From Paramecium tetraurelia (lineage: Eukaryota), in assembly GCA_000165425.1 (NCBI GenBank), contig CT868675.1, positions 248,001 through 312,000 of the forward strand: a stretch of 64,000 bases of DNA, written 5' to 3'. This document shows, one piece after another, positions 1 through 13,980 of the stretch. The notes beneath the pieces were generated by a model, which was not told the origin of the DNA, did not search any database, and was given only the letters and a program-made list of their open reading frames with translations. The first letter of the stretch is position 1. Each line of letters begins with the position of its first letter. The translations under genes were made by a program, and so were the position numbers.

Positions 1-226
1 TATTCTGGTAATTTGGCTGCCTCAAGGATTAGACTAGGATTGGTGGTGGCATCTTGAGGTTAGAATTTTTAGATGTCATTGATCTTGCCTGTGTCAGCTA
101 CAACCACAGTATGCTAGGATGAGTATGGATGATAAATACTTCTCTAAGAGAATTAAGAGCATTTGGATTTGATTTAACTTTCTTGGATGGTGAGGAACCA
201 TCATGTTATACTTCAGCAGCGTCCAT
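1..226 (-). CDS. TAL1: Transaldolase, 5' part (runs off window start)
   Basis: Code-6 translation after removing the 26-nt intron 114-139: MDAAEVQ...SLRE HTVVVADTGKINDIQKFQPQDATTNPSLILEAAKLPE; DATTNPSLI is the transaldolase signature. Confidence 0.93.
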
Positions 227-311
227 AATTAAATAATAATACTTTAACACATTTTAAGTATTTTGAGTGGAATTTATACTAAATTATTTTTAATAAAATC
301 GCGCCTAAAAT

Positions 312-1626
312 ATGAGTGCAGAAAATGAAATTCAAGAGGAGAGAAATAATGAAGAGTAGTATCGAAATTGGAAGTAGAACATCCCATTTATGTATGAAAT
401 CTGCATCAACCACCAAAACAATTGGCCATCCTTAACAGTTTGCTGGTTGAATGAACTTGAGATGTCTTTTGCATTATTATCTTAGTGATCAAAATGACAA
501 TGAAATACATAGATTGATAGTGGCCACTCAGACCAATAATTAAGAGTAGGATTATATCAAATTGCTAAAAGTTGCTATTCCTAAGAAACTAGATGAATAA
601 TTGGATAACACATTGCTAAATAACATTTGTACTTATAAATTACTATTCGAAGGGAAAACCTAAGCAGTAGGAAAGGTATAAGAGGAATTGCAAATTCCAG
701 TAGAAGTTGAAATCAATCGAGTTCGATAATAACCAAATAATCAATTCATATTAGCAGCATAAGCTGGAGATGGGGAAGTTGGTATCAATCTAATGGATTC
801 ACTTAGGTATTTACGATTTAAGCAAATAATCAAAAGTATTCGCTTTGAAAGGATAGGAGAAAGAGGGTTATGGGCTGTCTTGGAATCTTACGAATTCTGG
901 ATAATTATTGTCTGCTAGTTATGATCATAACATATACCACTGGGATTCCAACACAGGATAATTGATAAAGTAATACAATTTTCATTCAGCTGAAGTTGAA
1001 GATGTGTGCTGGCATCCTCAAGATCCAAATATTTTCATTTCTTGTTCTGATGATAAAACATTTGCGATGTAAAATCAATTTACTATTATAATCTAGTTGT
1101 GATATTCGAACAAATCAAGGAGTTACAATTAAATAAGAAGCCCATTCTTAAGAAGTCAACTGTGCTCAATTTAATAATTTCTAATCTAATATATTTGCCA
1201 CTGGGTCTAATGATGCTCAAGTTAAAATGTTTGATATGAATAAACCAGAGGAGGATATTCACACATTTTCAAATCATGAAGATGCCATTTATAGTCTCTA
1301 ATGGTCTCCTCATTAAAGAAATTTACTTGCATCTGGTTCTGTTGATACTAAAATTGTTGTGTGGGACTATTATAAAATTGGAAATGAAATTAAGGCTGAA
1401 GATGAGAAAGATGGTCCATCAGAATTGTTGGTAGATATGTTTATTATACAATTAGTTTTATCACGGAGGACATAGATCTAAAGTGAATGATTTATCTTGG
1501 AATGTTAATCATAAACATTTGTTTGCAAGTGTTGAATAAGAGAAAAACATACTCTAAATCTGGAAGATTTAGCAATAATTATGGGAAGAAGATGAAAATG
1601 ATGAATATATCCAATCTCTAGTCTGA
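312..1626 (+). CDS. RBBP4/RbAp48/CAF1-p55-like histone-binding WD40 protein
   Basis: YRNWKQNIPFMYEIC..WPSLTVCWL N-terminus, EGYGLSWN, VEDVCWHP, FYHGGHRSKVNDLSWN; several tiny introns; TGA at 1624-1626. Confidence 0.9.
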
Positions 1627-1717
1627 AGATATGTTATTTATAAATAAATTATTAAAGAATTATATAAACATATTCAAATTCTATTTCCACAAATAGATTT
1701 GTTGAATAATTAACTTA

Positions 1718-4305
1718 ATGTCAAAGTTCTTATAAATATCAGATATTGAAAGCGAAATTTAGAGTGAAAATTAATTTAATTAATAACACTGCTTTAAGTC
1801 AAAGTTTTTTTAAGATCTAGATTTAGAAAGTGATCATGAAAATCAAATTAATAATTAAAATGATTTCAAACAATAAAATTGCATAAAACCAACATTGAAA
1901 TAAGATAATTAAAATAAAAGTGAAGATGAAATATATAATCACTATTTAATAATTGATAACATCCATAATTAAGTTTCAGATGTAAATCAAATAGATTAGA
2001 CTAATGAAGAATTAAAGAGAATTGAAAAAAAAAGAAAAAAGAAATAAAGATTAAATAAAAAGAAATAATAAAATTAATAAATCTAATAAGAATCTATAAA
2101 TGAAGGGGCTAATAAAGCAGAATAAATAAAACATGGTGCTTAATTGGCTTTAGAAATGTAAGAATAAAGAAGAATTATTTAATAAGAAAATAGACTTTAT
2201 TTAATTTAAAAATAAAAAGAGGAACAACTTCGAATAGATGAATAAAGGAGAAATGAAATTTATAATCGAGAATATTAAGGTATATTTCGTTGTGCTTGTT
2301 TCGATAAGCCTCAAAATCCCTAAAATTAGAAGGAAAAACAGAACAAACTTTAGGATTACACTAAAAAGTAATAATTTATATAGTAGCAGTATATGAATAT
2401 TTAATAATAACAATAATAGTAATAATAATAATAACAATAATAGTAATAATAACAATAATAATAATAAAAAAAAGAATTTTACATTTGCTCAATTTTGGGA
2501 GATTTTGAATCAGGAAAAACAACCATAATAAGAGGATTGGTCGATTTTATGAAAAGAATGGGTTTTCAGGTTGAGCTTTTCGGTTACTCTTATGTTTGCC
2601 AACCAACTTAAAACAATAACAATTTGTTCGTTTAAATGCAATCCTACTTTCCTGTTCGTTATGAAAACTAAAAATTTATATTTTATGATCAACCTTAACA
2701 ACTAAAAAATTTACAAACTTTTCCAAACTGTGATATAGCTATAGTAATTATTGATCTCATGTAAGGTTTAGAATCATAAAGTATTAAAGATATTGAATAT
2801 CTGAAATTGCGAAAGATCCCTTTTATTATTGCTCTTAATAAGTGTGATAGATGTTTTGAAAATAGAAATTTTCATTAATTATCATATCAAAAATTATAGG
2901 ACCAAACAAAAAATAGTAAATGTATTTATCATAATCATTTGCATTCCATATTGAATTAGTTAGCGTAACTAAATTTAAGTGCTGTTCAATATTGGGAGCA
3001 AGTGGACGGAAAAGCTAATATCCCTTTAGTTCCTACTTCAGGAAATCTTGCTATGGGTTATGAAGCTGTATTGGCTACACTTGTAAGATATCTTCCTGTA
3101 AAATCAATCTCCAACAATAAAATTAACTTCTTAGTCTTAAACAATAAGGATATTGAAGAAAATGAATCTATTTTAGAGTGTTTGGTAATTGATGGCCATT
3201 TAAAAAGAGGAGAATACTTATTAATTTCAGATGACGGATATCCAACTTCTGTTATAGTAAAGAATCTCCAAGTTATTCATTAAGAAATTAGTAAAAAATA
3301 TTTCGATAAAAATTGGGTATCAGTTGAAGAGGTTAAAACTAATTTAGCATTTGTTCGAGTCATAACTGATAAGTTATATTCAGTTTTGTTAGGATGTCAA
3401 TTTAAGATTGCTAATTCAGATGAAGAAGTTTAAGAAGCTTAAGAGTTTATTAAAAATTAGTTTATTAATTCTTTGTCAAAATTTGAACTAGATAAAGAAG
3501 GTATAGGGGTTTTTGCTTTAGACGAGGCTTCACTTCTCAAACTAATGCGATTTTTATAGTAAAATAATATTTAGATTTCCTTTTCTAATATTGGAATGGT
3601 TTCCTAAGATCTGTTTTTAAAGTTTATTTATAAGTGCTAGTAACAGTAGTTTAATCAAAAGTAAATATCTTATCTATTTTATTAGATTTGCATGTATTTT
3701 AGCTTATGGAATCAATATTCAACAGGATATTTTAGAAATTGCCAAATACCATTAAATATAAATAATTTCGGACGATAATTGTTTATCTTTGATATCCAAT
3801 TACTAAAAGTATGTCAAAAGTGTAATTGAAGTTAAAAAAGAGTAGTTAAAGGGTACAACAATATTTCCTTGTCTACTAAATGTAAATGTGTTCAATAGCT
3901 TAGGTGACAGAAATAATTTAAATGTCAGATCCAATGATATTAAAGATTTAAGTAGCTTAGGGAATCTTAGCCACAGGAACACCACTATGTCAGTTCAGCA
4001 GAAAAACAGCTGGTTTGAAATAAATAGGAGTAGTTAGGAGAATAGAATAAAAAAAATAGGTCTTGAATTGGGCCAGAATTTAGACTGGATCAGTAATGAT
4101 AACTGTTGAGAATAATGTAGATATGAATAAATTTTAATGTCAATTTTTGAGTATGCCACAGCTTGCAAGCATAGTAATAATTTTGATTTATTGAAAGATT
4201 TCAAGAAAGGATATAGATATTGTTAAAGAATATTATAGAGAAGACTTCACTATATAAGATTGGCAGATGGTTAGGGAATTAAAATAGTATTTTTCAATAG
4301 TTTGA
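1718..4305 (+). CDS. Divergent eIF5B/IF2-like translation factor with degenerate GTPase motifs
   Basis: ICSILGDFESGKT, CDIAIVIIDLMQGLESQSI..KIPFIIALNKCDR, LVPTSG, domain III GIGVFALDEASL, IFPCLL..DPMILKIQVAQGILATGTPLC, C-terminus DIVKEYYREDFTIQDWQMVRELKQYF; introns near 3661 and 3882. Confidence 0.85.
2401..2466 (+). repeat. TAA/CAA/TAG microsatellite encoding poly-Gln within the eIF5B-like gene
   Basis: Run of in-frame taa/caa/tag codons. Confidence 0.85.
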
Positions 4306-4785
4306 AAATATATTAACATATATATTTTATAAACCTACTTTGATGGCAAGTTATATGTACTATTTCTAATTTTGATAATCCTTATAATAGTGATTCAAGA
4401 TTTCTTCAATATTGTTATTCACTTGTTGAATCTTCACTTAATGCAATATCAATAATCTTGCATTCATTTTTATTAAATTGAAATGGCAATTGATATACAG
4501 TTATTTAATTGTTAATATTATAAATCAACTCTTAATTTGTAATTAGGTATTATTATTTACAATATCATAATGCAAATACGTATTATTACTATTTTATTTA
4601 AATTGTAGTTACAAATTTAATTCTCTGATTATTAACAATTCATCCATCTGAGACTGCTTGTATTTAAATTAATGTTCTAGAATCATTTATTAGATTGATA
4701 TTTTAACATTCATTTGTCATATTTTAACAGTTTGATATGATATTTAGTTATGAAAATAAAATGATAAGTATAATATATTAAACAA

Positions 4786-6643
4786 ATGCAAAAGGTATAT
4801 AGAAGGAACAGTGGATATTCATCGGGTTCTGGTTCAGAACAAAACGATTTTCTTTCCTAACCATAGCAATAATAAATTTTTCAAACAAGTCAAGGCAATT
4901 GGCAGATTGAATAAGAGATAGTAAAATCACTTTTGAGTGAATAATAAGGAATGCAATTAGAAGAGAAAGTGGAAGAACAAACTGTTATAACAATTGATTA
5001 GGAAATTACTGATCCAGATGCTCTCCAGGTTGAATTATTGAATAGTGTTCATTTAAATGTTCTCCCTCGTTAGAAAGCAATACAAGTCCAAGAATACTCG
5101 CAAATCTTACCAGTTGTTTTGTAGATATAATCCTTGAAATCACAATTGAAGAAATAAAGAGCCAATATTGATTTGATGTGTGTTGTCGATGTAAGTGGAT
5201 CTATGAACGGAGAGAAGATTAAATTAGTACAGAACTCTTTGAGATACATCTAAAAGATATTGAAGCCAACCGATAGATTAGCATTGGTGACCTTTGGTAC
5301 TTAAGCAGGCATAAATTTATAATGGACAAGAAATATTGCAGAAAATAAAAAGAAAATAAAGAAAGCAATAAAAGATATTAAAATTAGAGATTCAACTAAT
5401 ATAGCATCAGGTGTTGCATTGGGTTTGAGAATGATTAGAGATAGGAAGTTCAAGAATCCAGTTACAAGTATGTTTGTGTTAAGTGATGGTGTTGATGATG
5501 ATAGAGGTGCTGATTTGAGATGTTAATAAGCTTTGCATCAATATAACATCTAAGATACTTTGACGATAAACACTTTTGGTTATGGTTCAGATCATGATGC
5601 TAAGGTGATGAATAACATTGCAAATTTGAAAGGAGGATAGTTTGTGTATATTGATCAAATCTAAAGAGTCTCTGAACATTTCATATTGGCTATGAGTGGT
5701 ATGTTATCAGTCAAAGCCAAGAATGTTATATTGACAGTCAAATAATTAAATAATGAGTTCAAATTATCTAAAATATTTGGAGATGATTTTCTGTGGAACA
5801 AAATTAGTGAAACTGAATTTCAACTGACTTTGAATTACTTAGTGGATGAGGACAAAAAGGAGTTTGCCTTGGAAATCGAAATCCCAGGTTTCAAACAACA
5901 AGAACTCGTTTTGGAGAACATCATGTAAATTGATCTATAAGGGGTGTTTATTGGATTGAATACTGCTTTTAAGAAGTCATCTAATTTAGAATTAGAATTC
6001 TCCAAGACAGAAGTATAGTATTAACCAGTGGAATTGGTGGAAGTTAATTATTTAAGAGCCAAGGCTGGTGATAGAATAGGTTAAGCAAAGGAATTAGCTA
6101 ATAGCAAGAAATATGATTAGTCAATTTAATTACTGAATTAAATGATTGATGAAATTGAAAATTCCTTATTCAAAGATAGTAAACAATTAGTTGTTGTTTT
6201 GAAAGATTTGAATGATATCAAGTAGGTTTGTAAGCCACAGACATATGAGAGGGATGGTGAAGCCATGATGTTACACAAATAGAAGAATCATATTTAAAGA
6301 TAGAGATCTATAAGTATTAATATTGTACTATTATTAAGATAATTCCGAGGAGTGGTGTGAGGATGAGGAAGAATAAATGAATCAATTTAAAAATGGAAAT
6401 TTAAATTTGAGTTAAAGCTATAGTGGTGGTAGCTGCAAAAGTATTGGAAATGTGAAAAATGTTGTGATGAAACTTGATAGTCAATCTGATGGTAGTTATA
6501 GTGCACGAAACATTGACCCAAATGAAGATGAGGATGAATTAGAAATCAAGTAAAGCCCAAAAATTTTAAAGATAAGAGGGTCAAGAAGAGCAAGCCCCGT
6601 TATTCGTAAATAGAGAGACTCAAGAGGATCTTCAGTTGAATGA
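4786..6643 (+). CDS. von Willebrand factor A domain protein
   Basis: IDLMCVVDVSGSM (MIDAS DxSxS), STNIASG, MFVLSDGVD, INTFGYGSDHD; TGA 6641-6643. Confidence 0.9.
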
Positions 6644-6806
6644 TATAATACATTTATTTTTATTCATTAAATAAAGTTATAAGTTTTTATAAGTTTATGT
6701 TAGATGTATATATGAATTAAAGGATGTTCTAATCTAGTAAATCTGGTAGAATAAAAACTAGACAAAAACAAGGTTTGACATAATTTATTATTTATTTTAA
6801 TATTAC

Positions 6807-8762
6807 TCATTTTTATCCTTTTTTTTGCAGCTTTTCTTGTACTTCTGAAAGAGTTAAATTTTCAATTTCCTCATAAAAGGTGTTGAAGTCATAGTTAATG
6901 TCTTTAAATTCCTCATATGGATTCTAGCATATTAAAAGGTAAAGAAGGAGCAAATTAATTTCGGTTTCTTTACTGTTTAGATTTTTGATGTTTTTCAAGT
7001 TCTCAACAATGATGTCTCTATAGAGCATATGGAAGGTGTCATTTGCTTCAAAGTTATTGTTTTGAATTGATAAGAAATTCTTGATCAAACTCGAAGTGGG
7101 ACCAGTTGCTTTTCCATTCACTAATTCTTCTTATTGAACTATGTTGCACTTCTTTGAGATTTCAGTATAGAAATCCAATGAATGCTTCATATCCATAGAA
7201 ATTAATGATATTAACTTTTAGTATTCCTATTCAGTAAGTTAAAATGACATACTTAGGATGCTAAAAATCTGCCCCAAGTTTCCTTATCGAATTTATCATG
7301 ATCCTTTCTCTATAATTGTTGATTGACTCTTTCAAGATGAACCATTTGATTTTTGGCAATCAAATAAATTAATCTGAAATAATTGTCATTTGCTAGCTAT
7401 AATTTCGTTTATAATTTAATAATTTTCTGAATAACAAAGTTAAAGAAGAAAGCTATATTTCTTTCAAATAAAAAGTAATTGTTGTATTTGAGCATAGCAT
7501 CCCTTCTCTTCTTCTCGTTTTTGTAATTGCTCATGATGATGTCAGCCTAAAATTTGGATAGAATAAAATACATTGGAATCGGAATCAAATTGACTTGAAA
7601 ATTTAGCTGATTGAGATCTGGCTTCAGCAGAAGCTTCTAATGTTTATTGATTAGAGTTTTCTAGAGTATTAATAGGATTTTTAGCCAAATAACCAACAAC
7701 TAAGTTTTGATCAATATATAATTTATTAAGACTAATGGACTTGGAAATTTCATCTTTATAAATGAAGATTAATGATACCTTTTTCTTTCAGGATATTTTT
7801 CATATTCTCTTTGATAGTCTCCTCATCAATTTTGATTGTAGGATCTTCAAAAACACCTTCCCAAGAAATTCTGTCCTTTTCTTAAACTCTCAACATTAGG
7901 GTTATAAGTTCTTTGATTTTCTGAGATCTTACTGGCTTGGGGGGAAATTTAAGTGACTAATTGTTGATCAAATGAATATTTTACTTGTTTTTTAATGTTT
8001 TCAAGTAGCGAGTAAGCATTTTCGGCTGACCAGGGAGTTCTGCCATAAAGAAGTTCATAAAACATAACTCCAACAGACCAAACATCGCATTTGGCTGAGA
8101 ATGGCTGGCCTTCAAGAATTTGGGGAGCCATATAAAGAGGGGAACCTAATCTTGAGAGATAAGCAGGATCTAAAGAAAAATTGAATTGATAAAAATACCA
8201 TTCATTTCTGAATCCATCACACGTGCAAAACCAAAGTCTGTAATTTTAGCCACTCCTTAGTGAAGAAGAATGTTAGCAGGTTTAATGTCTCTGTGAATAA
8301 TCTTCTGCTTGTACAATCTCTTAAATCCTTCGACAATGTGTTTGATAAAGATCACAGCTTCAAGCTTATAAAATTATCAATGAGAGTTACCTCGCTTAAT
8401 CTTTTTTCTTCCTTTTTGGCCATGTAATCTTTGAGATCACCGTCAGCACAATATTCAAGAAACATGTACAAATAGTTATTCGTACGAGCCACATCGTACA
8501 ACCTCACTATATTTGGATGATTGATTTTTTGAAGGATAGCTATTTCTCTTTTGATCAACTCAATCATTTTTGGAGTGTCTGAAATTGTCTAAAATACTTA
8601 AATTCACAAATATACTGCTATTTTTATGGTTTTTACAGCCACTTGCTTAGTTTCGTCTTCTTAATAAAAGCCTCTATAGACAATTCCATACGCTCCTTGG
8701 CCCAAAGTTTTGTTCACTACGACATACTTGTCTACTTTCTTAGTTGTCCAATCTTCATTCAT
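6807..8762 (-). CDS. Ser/Thr protein kinase, ULK/ATG1-like ciliate family
   Basis: LGQGAYGIV, VAVK, HRDIKPANILL, DFGFAR, LGSPLYMAPQIL, DVWSVG; multiple tiny introns. Confidence 0.92.
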
Positions 8763-8976
8763 CTTTTTTTAAGATATAAAATAATAATTAAGAAATAGAT
8801 ATATTGAAACAAATGATTTTTCTATATGAAAATCATTTGCTTATTTGAATTAGATATTTAATTGATTTGCTATTCAAGTTATTCAAGTAATTCAAAGACA
8901 TAAACCCATTGCAACATTGTCCAACTCCACTTCCTTTTAATTCACTAATTTATTTTTGTTAATTAAATATTAACAA

Positions 8977-9789
8977 ATGTTAATATTTTTTTTAACTTTG
9001 CTCAACTCACTCCTAGCTCAAGACCAAGCCTCATTGCCTGCTCCCACCTTGTCCTACTTGAAGGGAAGCGAGTTCCAACAATTGATGGAAACATTAATTG
9101 GGAAGCAATATGGATATACTAAGGCTTAGTTGGCAGAGATAGGAGGTCAGAGTGTTGCAGAATACATCCTGTATTTATCAAGAATAGATGTGCCACTTAA
9201 GAGAGTTATTTTTATTATTGGATAGGATTTCTCAGGATCCTCATTTCAAAACGGATATTTCGGATTGGCAGCTGCACGATATTTGGCTTAGAGAAAAGTA
9301 GAAGTAGATGTGGTGCTCTTGTATCCCAACGATCCATTAAGGAGTAGATTGGCAATGCAATGCAAATCACATTCGGCAACCTTGCATTTTGACATACTTC
9401 AAAACCTTTAGGAATAATTGAATGTTTAAATGACCAAGAACATTCTAGCCAATTGGTTGAACGATTACGACCTGGTTGTTGATGCCATCTCACTCAGTTC
9501 AATAGAATAACCCAAAACTCCAGTGAGAGAATTTATGCATGCCTTCTCAGAAGTCAACAAAAAAGTACTCGCCATCAATCTGCCTGTTGGATGGCATACT
9601 GACAATGGAAATCTGTATAATGTCTATGTGCCCCAATTTGTGATCTCCTTGGGATTGCCTTTGAAAGGCATAAAGGAATTTGAAGGATAACATGCCATTG
9701 GTGGTAGATACATACCTTAAACAAATACTTTCAATTACGTTCTGCCCAAATACAAAATTGAAGACAGTTTCCATTTACTATAAAAGTGA
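8977..9789 (+). CDS. YjeF_N / NAD(P)HX epimerase (NAXE/APOA1BP)-like protein with N-terminal signal peptide
   Basis: Intronless 270-aa frame: QLAEIGGQSVA, GLAAARYL, YDLVVDAI, VLAINLPVGWHTDNG, VISLGLP..HAIGGRYIP. Confidence 0.85.
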
Positions 9790-9811
9790 ATTTTATATAA
9801 ATTAATTTGTC

Positions 9812-11144
9812 ATGTTCTAAAAATTTGGATAACAACTCAAACCTATAATCAACCGATCATCTTCTGAGAACAGAAAAGAATAATCAATAACTAAACCAAA
9901 TTACCATTTTACATAGAAAAGAGAGAGAAGTGAATCCAAAGTACAATAATCTTCAGTTGAAGATTAAAATCAGAATAGTTTAAAACAGCAATCGAATTCG
10001 AACTAAGTCGGTCCAGCACAAAGATTGACAGTGAAGTTGCCAGACCTAAAAGGCTATTAGAAGTAAATGGAAAAATCAACATCAGGAGCTGATCTAACTA
10101 AAAAGCCTCCTCTCCTTAAGAATAGACTTATATTAGATTCTAAAACAAAATAACATCTATAAGGATAATAGAGTTCACTAACTCAGACTCTTCCTATCAA
10201 AAGTTAAAGAGAAGAGAGTTAGACAACCTAATAATAAGCAAAAAATAAAATAAAGATTACACATTGTAGTTAATCAAGAGCAGGTTTTGATGGAGTATAA
10301 GAGAAAACAAATCAAGATCGAGAGTTATGTTTACAATTGGATGATAATAATTATGGCTTTGCGGTGATGGATGGACATGGGATGGATGGTGAATATGTGA
10401 GTTCGTTTATCAAAGAGTTGTTAAAATGTATAAAAATGTTATGTATGTAGATAATTTAACTAAATTCTATAAGGCATTTGATTTTCAGAAGGTATTCTTT
10501 GAGATGCATCAGAAGATGAAATTTTAGACGGAATTTGGTTGTCAGTTTTCAGGGACTACTTTGACAGTAATATTGATAAGAGAAAATACTATTCATTGTG
10601 GATGGGTAGGAGATAGTAGAGCAATCTTGGTCAAAAGGAACAGCAATACCAACAATTTAAACGTAGTTGAATTGTCAATAGATCATAAACCACATTAGGA
10701 GAATGAAAGAATGAGAATTGAGTAGAATGGAGGAGTAGTTGATACATATCATTTACCTAATGGAGCACCTATAGGACCATCAAGAGTATGGGCAAGAGGA
10801 GCCTAATTTCCTGGATTGGCAATGAGCAGGAGTTTGGGAGACACTGTTGCTGCAGCTATTGGAGTGTCTCAAACACCTGATATCAAATCAGTAGAAATTG
10901 ACAATAAGGAGGATATTTTTATAGTTTTAGGATCAGATGGAATATGGGAGTTTTTGGAGAATTAGAGTGTATTTTGAGTTTAATAATCAAGATTGCTGAG
11001 ATGGTGTATCCGTTTTATCAGAAGAATGATGCTTAGGGAGCATGTTAGAAGGTTATTTAAGAAGCAGTGGCTGGATGGAAAGAACATAGTGAAGGAATAG
11101 ATGACATTACTGCAGTTGTTATTTTCTTTTAAAATGAATTGTGA
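9812..11144 (+). CDS. Protein phosphatase 2C (PPM family)
   Basis: NQDR, FAVMDGHG, SGTT, WVGDSRA, DHKP, GLAMSRSLGD, LGSDGIWE, DDITAVV. Confidence 0.94.
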
Positions 11145-11156
11145 TAATGTTAGAAA

Positions 11157-13186
11157 TCATAATTTAGCATTCACTTCTCTCATTTTTTGAATGTAGTTAA
11201 TGCCATTGTGCACTTGTTATTTATTTAATGAATTTTCTTTTGAAGCGAAATTGTACATGTTCATATAAACATCCCCTTCTTTTGGAGCTATCAAACTTTA
11301 CAATGAGTTATCAGACAATCCTTGTGCTTCCACTAAACATAACGCATTTGTTCTTATGATTGGGTATAGTGATTCCCTTGTGTCTTACAGTGTTTTAATT
11401 TATTAACTGTTAAGTTGATTTTCTATTTCTTAAATATATTATATTACTTAATAATAATCCTTGCATGTTATTCAATAACATGGTGATACCATATATTCTA
11501 GCCAAAATTGTTAGAATTTCCTTGGTTTCTTTTGCTTTGTTATTAATAGTATCTAAGAAACAAAGCATATTAAAGTAAGGAATGAATGTAGAGGCAGCTT
11601 TGGCTAATGCTATGCCAGATTTTGTATCCCAACTCTCTTTCATATCAGAGTGAGTCATTAATTTTTAGGCAGCATATTTAGTCAGAATAGCACAATTCAA
11701 ACCTAAAAGTTTAATTAAATTATCAATTGTTGTGACATCATCTACTTTAACTGTTTCTAGTGATAAGAACTTGAAAAATTCTGGGACTGCACTTGGTTTT
11801 GAGACTATGTGTTACAACTATTTAAGTAAGTATCTAGCTAATTATAAATTTAAGATAGTATTTTCTCCTTCTAAAGTAATCTAAATAAATTAATTATATG
11901 TATTACATTTGGAGACATTTCAAAGAAAATGATTGGCAATCCTGAATAATGAGCAAATCCATGTCCTCCACAACTCAATCTACACCATTCTGCACAATTT
12001 GATACGAAATATGTATAATTGGCCTTGGCTCCACTTAACACAGCATGAGTCAATCCAAGTAAACTAAAATCATTTGATTAAGAAATTCTGTTGAAATTGT
12101 CATTTACTAATTCCTTTATCTTTATGCTTCCAAAAACACAAGCATAGAATTCAGCCAATAATGGGAATAACTTTTGTTATTACAATTGATAATCTAAGAT
12201 TCTGATTTCCTGTTTATTGTCATCTTTAAACTATTTTCTATACAATGAGTAACGAACTGCTATTGTTAAAGCTCTGCCACCAAACTTTGTATATTGATCA
12301 CACAGAATGTTTCTCATATACATCATACTTCCATATCCAACTTTTGGATTTCCTTATCTCTCTACTTTTCCATCTCTGCTGACTTTGATGTATCGATTTA
12401 ACAAACTGTCCAATGGTGCTCTAAAATGGTCAAAACTCATGAATCCATTATCTTTAACTGCATAACCCATTTTTGGACCAATATCACCAATTTCAATACC
12501 TGATAATGGTTTATGAGTCTCCTTATCTCTGATTCTGATCCAAAAGGGATGTACTCCATATCCTTTGCCGTCTACTTGCAATTAAGCAAATACCAAGGCA
12601 AATTCACAATACAATCCCAATTCTCCTGGCCAAACTAAGTCTAAATGAGTTAGAATTACATTTAGTAGCTTCTATATTTGGTGTGTGAATCACAAACTCT
12701 GTAGTTTATTTATCAAAGACAGCTACAGTCTACAAATTCTAAACATCAGAACCATGACCTAATTCTGTCTAAGCATAACATCCAATTGCACTAAAATTCT
12801 TTAATGAAGTCATCCATTTTGTAATCTAATCATCAGATGCCAAGACTTAGAATGCAGGTATAACCATGGCAAAATGAACTGTGGATATGAAGATACCCTG
12901 TGGGCACAACACATTTGGAGTGTAGTAATTTGGATCACCCAATGATAATTTCTTCATTGCTTCTACTGTTCTTTCAGCATTCAAGAGAATCTTAGTTATA
13001 TATTATAATATTAACTTGATCCTATCTTGATTTATTGTAGAAATCATGATTGACTTTGAACATAGGATTAGTATCAAAGAAGTTCTATCTCTCAAGAAAC
13101 TTATCAAATTAATCTTTGCCACCATAAAGTAAATGTGACATCTCCAACAATGGGAATTATCCTTATTTTCTTTCACCCTCTAACAT
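11157..13186 (-). CDS. ACOX: Peroxisomal acyl-CoA oxidase
   Basis: GCYAQTELGHGSDV, GDIGPKMG..DNGF, CRLSCGGHGF; C-terminal PTS1 -AKL before TGA. Confidence 0.95.
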
Positions 13187-13279
13187 TGTATATTTTTATA
13201 ATTATTTTTTTTACTATGATGATGCACTTATCATGTAATTGTTATAAATAATACGCACGTAAAATTAATATTACATAAT

Positions 13280-13874
13280 TCAATTATATTCATCGTCTTC
13301 AACTACATCAACATAGAAACGGATGACTATTTCTAGTCCTTTTGATCTCGTCATCAACTAAAGAATTAATGAATTAGATTTATCATAACGGCCTCAATGT
13401 TATATTATAAAGGTTATGAAAAATCTCTCATTCATATTGAATTTTATTCTTTATAAATATAATTTTAATTCATAAGTCTTCTTAATTTTCAAGAATATTG
13501 CTATAATTCTTGAAAATTAATTTTAATTATAAGCCAAATCTACAACCCCAATTCTATAGTTTACTGGTAAAACCTTTAATTATTCAATTTCTTCTATTCA
13601 TAATTCTAGTATTCCGTTTTAGTTGCAACTGAAAAAATATATTGCTCGATAAATCTGTCTGTTTTTCTACTACTTATAATAAAATAAACAATAATAGATA
13701 CAATTTTGCAATCCTCCTTCTTATTTGATATGATTACATTTGAAATACAAATCTAGGATAGTAAATAATATTTTGAATTCAGCTAATATGTTAATCTGAT
13801 TTTATTCTTTTATATTTTAATAGAACTTAAGGTATAAAGTTTTGATACATAGATTTCTCAAATTAACTATCCAT
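13280..13874 (-). CDS. Hypothetical protein (structure uncertain)
   Basis: ATG at 13874 and a plausible acidic C-terminus IRFYVDVVEDDEYN-TGA; internal frames not fully resolved. Confidence 0.3.
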
Positions 13875-13980
13875 TTTAACTAGTATTTATGCTTTGTCAG
13901 CGTTGATTATTAATGTAGAATTCTAAATTTTGTAATTTACTATTATACTAATTAATTTATAATACAAATAATTATGATAA

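Noticed and set aside
2201..2455. Poly-Leu ORF on the minus strand in the ORF track
   Set aside because: Antisense reading of the TAA/CAA poly-Gln tract of the eIF5B-like gene
4327..4740. Possible small minus-strand gene between the eIF5B-like and VWA genes
   Set aside because: No consistent frame or recognisable motif could be built
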